Below, piece after piece: positions 57,919 through 64,000 of a stretch of 64,000 nt of DNA; position 1 is the first letter of the stretch; each line of letters starts with the position of its first letter. The DNA lies in contig CAZKTS010000038.1 of assembly GCA_964555735.1 (NCBI GenBank), positions 6,929 to 70,928 of the forward strand, written 5' to 3'. This DNA is from an uncultured Bifidobacteriaceae bacterium. Lineage in GTDB: Bacteria; Actinomycetota; Acidimicrobiia; IMCC26256; PALSA-555. The notes under the pieces are model-generated. The model did not search any database. It worked only from the letters and a program-made list of their open reading frames with translations, and was not told the origin of the DNA. The position numbers and the translations under genes are program-made.

Positions 57919-58974
57919 TCAGGCCGGCTCGACGCGGACCTCCGTCGCCTTCACCGCACTCCAGACGCGCGCGCCGGGTCGGAGACCGAGGTCGCTCGCC
58001 GCGCTCGACGTCACCTCCGCGACCAACGGCACCGGGCCGTCGATCCGCACTCGGACTCGCTCCGCCAGCACGTCGACGTCGGTGATCGTGCCGGCCCACC
58101 GGTTGCGCGGGCTGCCGGTCGGCTCATCGCCGTGGAGCGCGATCGCGCGGGGACTGACCACCGCGAGGACCTCGCCGGCAACGGTGCGATCCGCGACGGT
58201 GATGACACCACCACTCGGCAGCACGACCTGGCCGTCCGCGGCACGGCCACGGAGCAGGTTGAGACCGACGAGCTCGGCGACGTAGGCCGTCCGGGGATGC
58301 GCGCTGATGTCGGTGAACGTCCCCTCTTGGGAGACCGCGCCGTCCTCGACGACGACGACCCGATCAGCCAGGGTCGCCGCGTCCACCGCGTCGTGGGTGA
58401 CGAGGATGCGCACGCCGTCGAAGCCCGCGAGGTGCGACCGGAGCTCGCGACGGACATCGCGACGCGCCTCGGCATCGAGCGCGGCCAGCGGCTCGTCGAG
58501 CAGGAGGAGCCGCGGCGAGGCCGCGAGCGCTCGCGCGAGGGCGACACGCTGGGCCTGCCCACCGGACAGGGCAGTCGGCTTGCGCTCCACCGCGTCGGCG
58601 AGCCCGACCCGCTCGAGCCACTCGCGGGCGCTGCGCCGCGCATCGGCCTTCCGGACCCCGCGGCTGCGCGGACCGAACGCGACGTTGTCGAGCGCGGAGA
58701 GGAACGGGAACAAGAGGTAGTCCTGGAACACGACGCCGATGGGCCGACGCTCGGGCACCGTGAAGACGCCCGCGGCCGGATCGTCCAGCACCGCGCCATC
58801 GAGCCGGATGTGCCCGGCGTCGAGCGCCCGCAAGCCGGCGAGCACGCGGAGCAGGGTGGTCTTGCCCGCGCCGTTCGGACCGAGGATTGCGACCGTGCTC
58901 GTGGCGTCAGCCGCGATCGCGACATCGAGTGCGAGGCTCCCGACGGTCGCACAGAGCCGGGCCTCGAGTGTCAT
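57919..58974 (-). CDS. modC: molybdate ABC transporter ATP-binding protein with C-terminal TOBE domain
   Basis: Walker A GPNGAGKTT, signature LSGGQAQRVALARAL, Walker B LLLLDEPLAALD, and a TOBE-like tail. Context with modB and modA. Confidence 0.85.
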   Translation of the reverse strand: MTLEARLCATVGSLALDVAIAADATSTVAILGPNGAGKTTLLRVLAGLRALDAGHIRLDGAVLDDPAAGVFTVPERRPIGVVFQDYLLFPFLSALDNVAFGPRSRGVRKADARRSAREWLERVGLADAVERKPTALSGGQAQRVALARALAASPRLLLLDEPLAALDAEARRDVRRELRSHLAGFDGVRILVTHDAVDAATLADRVVVVEDGAVSQEGTFTDISAHPRTAYVAELVGLNLLRGRAADGQVVLPSGGVITVADRTVAGEVLAVVSPRAIALHGDEPTGSPRNRWAGTITDVDVLAERVRVRIDGPVPLVAEVTSSAASDLGLRPGARVWSAVKATEVRVEPA

Positions 58975-59819
58975 GCCGATGCCGGCCGCATCGCGGGGAA
59001 CCAGCGGTCGCGCAGCATGACCAGCACCACGATCGAGACCGCGAGCAGCACCAGGCTGAGTGCGACCGCGCCCTCGGGTCTGCTCTCGAGCGCCAGGTAG
59101 ATCGCGAGCGGCATCGTCTGGGTCCGGCCCTGGATGTTGCCCGCGAACGTGATCGTCGCCCCGAACTCACCGAGGGCCCGCGCCCAGGCGAGCGCGGCGC
59201 CGGCGATCAGCGACGGCATGATGAACGGCAGCGTCACGCGTCGGAAGGTCGTCCATCGCCCGGCGCCCAGGGTGGCCGCGGCGTCCTCGTAGCGGACGTC
59301 GACCGAGCGGAGCCCGGCCTCGACGGTGATCACGAGGAACGGCATCGCCACGAACGTCTCGGCGAGGATCGCGCCGGAGGTGCTGAACGTGAGCTGGATG
59401 CCGAACCAGTCGTAGAGCTGCTCACCGATGAGCCCCGACCGGCCGAACGCATAGAGCAGCGCGACGCCGCCCACCACCGGGGGCACCACCATCGGCAGCA
59501 GGACCAGCGCCCGCACGAGCGACCGCCCGACGAAGTCGACCCGGGCGAGCACCCACGCGAGCGGGACCCCGAAGACGATTGCCAGGAAGGTCGCCCACAG
59601 CGAACACACCAGCGAGAGCCGCAGCGCGTCCCGCGCCTCGGGAGTCGTGAGGTCGTCCCACAGGCTGGACCATGGGGCCTGCTGGAGGAGGCCGAGGAGC
59701 GGCAGGACGAAGAAGGCGACCGCGATCGAGGCGGCGACCACCACCAGCACTGGCGGCCGTCGCCCCGCGCGACGGGGCGGGGCGGCGGCACCCGGAATCG
59801 CGGGCACGTCAGGGCGCAA
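58971..59819 (-). CDS. modB: molybdate ABC transporter permease
   Basis: ...LPMVVPPVVGGVALLYAFGRSG...EDAAATLGAGRWTTFRRVTLP... (CysTW/ModB family EAA loop). The start is uncertain. Confidence 0.85.
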   Translation of the reverse strand: MRPDVPAIPGAAAPPRRAGRRPPVLVVVAASIAVAFFVLPLLGLLQQAPWSSLWDDLTTPEARDALRLSLVCSLWATFLAIVFGVPLAWVLARVDFVGRSLVRALVLLPMVVPPVVGGVALLYAFGRSGLIGEQLYDWFGIQLTFSTSGAILAETFVAMPFLVITVEAGLRSVDVRYEDAAATLGAGRWTTFRRVTLPFIMPSLIAGAALAWARALGEFGATITFAGNIQGRTQTMPLAIYLALESRPEGAVALSLVLLAVSIVVLVMLRDRWFPAMRPASA

Positions 59820-60588
59820 GGAACCCGTACTTCTTCAGGACTTTCTGTCCTGCTGGCGACGCGACGTACTTCGAGAACGCTCTGGCGGCCGTGGGGTTGG
59901 CCGCGGCGGCGACCGGCGCGATCGGGTAGACCGCGATCTGGTTGTCGGCGTCCGGGATCTGCACTCCGGCCACGGACGACCCGGCCGCCTTCACGTCGGT
60001 GACGTAGACGACGGCGGCATCGGCGTCCCCCGCCGACACTGCGGTGAGCGTCGCTCTGGCGTTCAGCCCCCGCGTGATCTTGTCCGATGGGATCGTCACG
60101 CCGGCCGCCGCGAGCGCGGCGTCCGCGTACTTCCCACACGGCACGGCGGCGGCGCACAGCGCGACGACGCCCGGCACGTCGGCGAGGTCGGCGAGTGACC
60201 TGATCTTCTCCGGGTTGGCCGGCTTGGTCGCGATCTCGAGCTTGTTCCGCGCGAACGCGACCGGCGACGCGGTGACCTGACCGCCGTCCACCAGCTTGTC
60301 CATGTTCGCCTCGTCGGCCGACGCGAACACATCGACCGGCGCCCCCTGCTGGATCTGGAGCACGAGGGCCGACGACGCGTCGAAGTTGAAGGTCACGTCG
60401 CTCCCCGGATACCGCTGCTCGAACTGCTTGCCGATCTGCGTGAAGGCTTCGGTGAGCGATGCCGCCGCGGACACCGTGATCTCGCCCGTCGGCTTCGACG
60501 GCCGCGACGCGGCCGCGACCGACGAGACGAGTGCACCCAGCGTGAGCACCACCACGAGCGGAACAACTCTGCAGATCGATCGCCGCAC
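59809..60588 (-). CDS. modA: molybdate-binding periplasmic protein
   Basis: Signal peptide, then ITVSAAASLTEAFTQIGKQFEQRYPGSDVTFNFDASSALVLQIQQGAPVDVFASAD..., the classic ModA motif. Confidence 0.85.
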   Translation of the reverse strand: MRRSICRVVPLVVVLTLGALVSSVAAASRPSKPTGEITVSAAASLTEAFTQIGKQFEQRYPGSDVTFNFDASSALVLQIQQGAPVDVFASADEANMDKLVDGGQVTASPVAFARNKLEIATKPANPEKIRSLADLADVPGVVALCAAAVPCGKYADAALAAAGVTIPSDKITRGLNARATLTAVSAGDADAAVVYVTDVKAAGSSVAGVQIPDADNQIAVYPIAPVAAAANPTAARAFSKYVASPAGQKVLKKYGFLAP

Positions 60589-60626
60589 TCGGACTCCTGG
60601 GAACCCCAGCGGCCGGTTGGGCCGGT

Positions 60627-60649
60627 GAATAGTTGCGGTGAGACTATTC
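60627..60649. promoter_or_regulatory. AT-rich inverted repeat GAATAGT-N9-ACTATTC in the modA / padR divergent region (candidate PadR operator)
   Basis: The arms at 60627-60633 and 60643-60649 are exact reverse complements. It stands out as AT-rich in a GC-rich context and lies 10 nt upstream of my preferred PadR start. Confidence 0.4.
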
Positions 60650-60658
60650 GGTGCCGCG

Positions 60659-61225
60659 ATGGTGTGCGATCCTCACCCGGTGGCCCCGAAGGGAACCGGC
60701 CCCGAGCTCTCGTTGACCGACTGGCTGGTGCTCGGCGTGCTCTGCGAGGAACCCCGCCACGGGTTCGCCGTGGCTCGCGAGCTCGACGCTGCCAGCGAGC
60801 TCGGCGGCATCTGGACCGTCCGACGACCCCTCGTCTACCGAGCCCTCGATCACCTCGTGGACGTCGGGCTCGCCGAGGCACGCGGTGTCGAGCGCGGCAC
60901 CCAGGGTCCCCACCGCACAGTGCTCGCACCCACTCGAACGGGACGCGCGCGGCTCGAGCGGTGGCTCAACCAACCCGTCGAGCATCCTCGCGACGTCCGG
61001 ACCACGCTCCTCGCGAAGCTCGCGCTGCGGACACGGCGCGGCGATGCGCTGACCCCGTTGGCCCAAGCCCAGCTCGATGCCTTCGCCGATGTCGTCGGCG
61101 GGCTCCGACGCAAACGGCGCGCGAGCGATGGCGTGGAGCGGCTGACCACCCACTGGCGCGTCGCGGCCAACCGCGCGATCACCGCCTTCCTCGAAGCGGT
61201 CGTGCGCGACGAACGACGCGGTTGA
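60659..61225 (+). CDS. PadR-family transcriptional regulator
   Basis: ...LSLTDWLVLGVLCEEPRHGFAVARELDAASELGGIWTVRRPLVYRALDHLVDVGLAE... (winged HTH). ATG 60659 is preferred over the track GTG at 60638, which lies inside the palindrome. Confidence 0.8.
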   Translation: MVCDPHPVAPKGTGPELSLTDWLVLGVLCEEPRHGFAVARELDAASELGGIWTVRRPLVYRALDHLVDVGLAEARGVERGTQGPHRTVLAPTRTGRARLERWLNQPVEHPRDVRTTLLAKLALRTRRGDALTPLAQAQLDAFADVVGGLRRKRRASDGVERLTTHWRVAANRAITAFLEAVVRDERRG

Positions 61226-61259
61226 GGCGACATCCGGCCGCGCCTGCGAGACTGCGGCG

Positions 61260-61370
61260 ATGGACGACGTCGACAACACCGGCGACCGCCGCACCATCAT
61301 CGCCTGCGGCACCGTCTTCCTCATCCTCTTGGTGCTGGCGCTGGTCGGCGTCCTCGTTCGGGTGCTCTGA
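61260..61370 (+). CDS. small (36 aa) membrane protein downstream of padR
   Basis: Below the track cutoff. MDDVDNTGDRRTIIACGTVFLILLVLALVGVLVRVL, with high GC3. Confidence 0.4.
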   Translation: MDDVDNTGDRRTIIACGTVFLILLVLALVGVLVRVL

Positions 61371-61433
61371 AGGGGTAACCGGCATCGGCTCCGACGGCGG
61401 GCTCCTCGCGACGCCCAGGCGCGCACCGCTACC

Positions 61434-62462
61434 GTGACCGACGTGGCGTCCGACGGCGAGGTGCTCGAGATCGACGGCCGGGAGGTCACGATCAGCAGCC
61501 CCGACAAGGTGTTCTTCTCCGAGCACGGTGAGACCAAGCTCGACCTGGTCCACTACTACATGCGCGTCGGGCAGCAGCTCATGAGCACGATGGGTGGTCG
61601 CCCGACGCTCATGCAGCGCTTCCCCGACGGTGCCGACGGCTCGTCGTTCTTCCAGAAGCGGGTCCCCAAGTCGGCCCCCGAGTGGCTCGAGACCACCACT
61701 GTGAGCACGCCCAACGGCACGACGTCGCGCGCCCTCGTCGCGGCGGACGTCGCCCACGTCGCGTGGGCCGTGAACCTCGGGTGCCTCGGCTTCCATCCGT
61801 GGCCATACCTGGCCGCCGACCCGGACCACACCGACGAGCTGCGCCTCGACCTCGACCCGCAGCCCGGCACCGACTTCGCCGACGTCCGCGCCGCCGCGGC
61901 CGAGGTGCGCGCCCTGCTCGACGAGGTCGGGATCACCGCGTACCCGAAGACCACCGGCAATCGGGGCCTGCACGTCTACGTGCGCCTGGAGCCTCGGTGG
62001 GACTCGTACGCGGTGCGCGCCGGCGCGGTCGCCGTCGCGCGCGAGCTCGAGCGCCGCCGGCCCGACCTCATCACCGCGGCATGGTGGAAAGAGGAGCGAG
62101 GCGAGCGAGTCTTCCTCGACTTCAACCAGAACGCACCCCACAAGACCGTCTTCGGCGCCTGGTGCGTCCGCCCACGCCCGGGCGCGCAGGTCTCCACGCC
62201 GCTGCTGTGGGACGAGGTCAGCGAGGTGCATCCCGACGACCTCACCCTCGCCACGCTGCCGGCCCTGCTCGCCGAGCGCGCCGATCCCTGGGCCGGGATG
62301 AACGCCGACCCGCAGTCGCTCGAGCCGTTGCTCGAGATGAACGAGCGGGACCGGGCGAGCGGCCTCATGGACGCACCGTGGCCACCGCAGTACCCCAAGC
62401 AGCCCGACGAGCCGCCCCGCGTCGCGCCGAGCCGCGCACGCAAGGAAGCAGAGGACGACTGA
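61434..62462 (+). CDS. stand-alone LigD polymerase/primase domain protein (NHEJ PolDom)
   Basis: ...VTISSPDKVFFSEHGETKLDLVHYYMRVG...LMQRFPDG...FFQKR...DELRLDLDP...YPKTTGNRGLHVYVRL...VFLDFNQNAPHKT... are LigD-Pol (AEP primase) motifs. Confidence 0.85.
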   Translation: MTDVASDGEVLEIDGREVTISSPDKVFFSEHGETKLDLVHYYMRVGQQLMSTMGGRPTLMQRFPDGADGSSFFQKRVPKSAPEWLETTTVSTPNGTTSRALVAADVAHVAWAVNLGCLGFHPWPYLAADPDHTDELRLDLDPQPGTDFADVRAAAAEVRALLDEVGITAYPKTTGNRGLHVYVRLEPRWDSYAVRAGAVAVARELERRRPDLITAAWWKEERGERVFLDFNQNAPHKTVFGAWCVRPRPGAQVSTPLLWDEVSEVHPDDLTLATLPALLAERADPWAGMNADPQSLEPLLEMNERDRASGLMDAPWPPQYPKQPDEPPRVAPSRARKEAEDD

Positions 62463-62464
62463 CC

Positions 62465-63148
62465 ATGGCCATCGTGGAGTACGAGCTCGCCGACGGCATC
62501 GCTGCCGTCACGATGGACGACGGCAAGGCCAACGTGCTCTCACCGACGATGCTCGGCGAGCTCGGTGGGGCACTCGACCGGGCCGAGAGCGACGAAGCGG
62601 TCGTGGTGCTCGCCGGACGCGACGGGCGCTTCTCCGGCGGCTTCGACCTCGCCACCTTGCAGGCCGGTGGCCGCACGGCCGTCGAGATGCTGCGGGGCGG
62701 GTTCGAGCTCGCCGAACGCCTGCTCACGTTCCCGCGTCCGGTGGTCGTCGAGTGCACGGGCCACGCGATCGCGATGGGGCTGTTCGTGCTGCTGTCCGGT
62801 GACTACCGCGTGGGGGCCGATGGCCCCTTCAAGCTCACGGCGAACGAGGTGGCGATCGGGCTCCCGCTGCCGATGACTGCGGTCGAGATCCTGCGCCAGC
62901 GCCTCACCCCTGCCCACTTCACCCGCGCCGCGATCCTCGCCGAGGTGTACGCGCCGCAGGACGCGGTCGCGGCGGGGATGCTCGACCGCGTCGTCGCACC
63001 CGCCGACCTGCACGACACCGCGCTGGGCCTCGCCCGGGACTTCGCGCAGCTCGACGCTGCGGCCCATCTCGCCACGAAGCTTCGCGTCCGCGCGACCGCG
63101 GTCGAGGCGCTCCGCGCCGCGATCGAGTCCGAGCTCCCGCTCCGATAG
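62465..63148 (+). CDS. enoyl-CoA hydratase/isomerase (crotonase) family protein
   Basis: MAIVEYELADGIAAVTMDDGKANVLSPTML...VVLAGRDGRFSGGFDL...GHAIAMGLFVLLSGDYRV... Confidence 0.85.
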   Translation: MAIVEYELADGIAAVTMDDGKANVLSPTMLGELGGALDRAESDEAVVVLAGRDGRFSGGFDLATLQAGGRTAVEMLRGGFELAERLLTFPRPVVVECTGHAIAMGLFVLLSGDYRVGADGPFKLTANEVAIGLPLPMTAVEILRQRLTPAHFTRAAILAEVYAPQDAVAAGMLDRVVAPADLHDTALGLARDFAQLDAAAHLATKLRVRATAVEALRAAIESELPLR

Positions 63149-63151
63149 CGC

Positions 63152-64000
63152 TCACCGGGGCGCGGTGAAGCCAGTGAGCTGCTCGGACAGCGTCCAGAGG
63201 CGCGCTGCGGATTCGAGGTCGCGCGCCCACGGCGCGTGGGCGTCGCTCACCGAGCAGTCCTCGAGGTATGCGCCGCCGTGCGCGTCGAGCGACGGCTCCG
63301 TCGCCGCCCAGACGCTGGTGGCGGCGCCGGCGGGCACCGGCTTCATCGGCGGCAGCGCGCCGTCGGCGCGCGCCGCCAGATCGACGATGTCCTGCTCGGA
63401 GAGGTGGCGACCGAGCTCGGTCAGGATCATCCCCGGGTGCACCGCGAACGCGTGGACGCCACGCTCGCCGTAGCGGCGGTCCAGCTCGAGCGCGAACAGG
63501 ACGTTGGCCGTCTTGGCCTGGCCGTACGCCTCCCACTTGTCGTAAGGGCGAGTCTCGTAGTTCGGGTCGTCCCAGATGACGTCGGACGCGAGGTGCCCCG
63601 CCGAGCTGAGCACCACGATGCGCGACGGTGCCCCAGCGAGCAGCGCGGGCAGCAGCGCGCACGTGAGCGCGAAGTGACCGAGATGGTTGGTGCCGAGCTG
63701 CAGCTCGAAGCCGTCGACGGTGCGGCCGAACGGCGTGGCCATGACCCCTGCGTTGTTGACGAGCAGGTCGAGCCGGTCGAAGCGAGCGGAGAACCATTCG
63801 CCGAACGTGCGCACGCTCGCCAGGTCGGCGAGGTCGAGCACACCGTGCTGGACCTCGGCCGTCGGCACCTGCTCCCGGATCATCGCGAGCGCCGCGCCGC
63901 CGCGCGCCGGGTCGCGCACCGCCAGCACGACCTGCGCACCCGCGGACGCGAGCGCCCGCGCGGTCTCGAGGCCCAGACCCGCGGATGCGTCGGTGACGAC
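63152..64000 (-). CDS. short-chain dehydrogenase/reductase (SDR); 5' end beyond the window
   Basis: ...LDLLVNNAGVM...VVLSSAGH...YGQAKTANVLF... (NNAG, S...YxxxK). The frame stays open to position 64000, reading VVTDASAGLGLETARALASAGAQVVLAVRD upstream of the track start. Confidence 0.85.
   Translation of the reverse strand, partial: VVTDASAGLGLETARALASAGAQVVLAVRDPARGGAALAMIREQVPTAEVQHGVLDLADLASVRTFGEWFSARFDRLDLLVNNAGVMATPFGRTVDGFELQLGTNHLGHFALTCALLPALLAGAPSRIVVLSSAGHLASDVIWDDPNYETRPYDKWEAYGQAKTANVLFALELDRRYGERGVHAFAVHPGMILTELGRHLSEQDIVDLAARADGALPPMKPVPAGAATSVWAATEPSLDAHGGAYLEDCSVSDAHAPWARDLESAARLWTLSEQLTGFTAPR

Noticed and set aside
60638-60658. GTG at 60638 as the PadR start codon (track call)
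   Set aside because: This codon lies inside the GAATAGT-N9-ACTATTC palindrome and adds a non-conserved MRLFGAA extension. ATG 60659 leaves the palindrome upstream as a plausible operator. The choice remains unverified.
1-64000. Genomic island, prophage or mobile element
   Set aside because: No integrase, transposase, recombinase, terminal inverted repeats or phage structural genes were recognised. GC content and codon bias look uniform by eye across the window. The only tRNA-like sequence is an 11-mer fragment.

Overview
Very GC-rich, strongly GC3-biased chromosomal segment of actinobacterial type, with about 70 protein-coding genes on both strands. Many long ORFs in the supplied track are Arg/Pro/Gly/Ala-rich shadow frames and were discarded. 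Real frames were chosen by amino-acid composition, GC3, recognisable motifs, and start/stop coupling; 4-nt GTGA/ATGA overlaps are frequent. I saw no rRNA, intact tRNA, CRISPR array, transposase or integrase. All functional calls come from my own motif recognition in the translations, not from database searches, and start codons are often uncertain by a few codons. Ordinary content includes lipid and CoA metabolism (APH-like kinase, acyl-CoA ligase, a fused double acyl-CoA dehydrogenase, desaturase, crotonase, SDR), a GH15 hydrolase, a DrrAB-like ABC-2 exporter, modABC, an OmpR-type two-component system, F420/LLM oxidoreductases, a PAP2/PAP2/DAG-kinase/YihY lipid module, an RsbW/STAS/PP2C partner-switching cluster and a stand-alone LigD polymerase domain. 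Four items deserve a closer look. (1) An apparently iron-regulated locus (35254-44071): two abutting DtxR/IdeR-type iron boxes sit between an hmuO-led Dpp-type ABC importer operon and two secreted proteins built from neocarzinostatin-like domains. One of these is membrane-anchored and the other is a triple-domain LAxTG sortase substrate. I propose them as a candidate new class of cell-surface heme or iron receptor. (2) A five-gene, translationally coupled exopolysaccharide operon (23746-29930). It combines a hyaluronan/chitin-synthase-like GT2, a C5-epimerase-like beta-helix protein with the YGIDPHD motif, a second secreted beta-helix protein, a PGI/PMI isomerase and a truncated UDP-glucose/GDP-mannose dehydrogenase. 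This suggests an alginate- or glycosaminoglycan-like polyuronate, which is unusual for this lineage. (3) A split PEP-utilising phosphotransferase whose ATP-grasp half is fused to a cyclic-nucleotide-binding domain (1-2834). (4) Smaller items: a frameshifted Zn-ADH, two short tandem repeats at gene boundaries, a PucR/ParB-like (DGQHR) gene pair, and a tRNA-T-arm-like element in a 242-bp divergent intergenic region.
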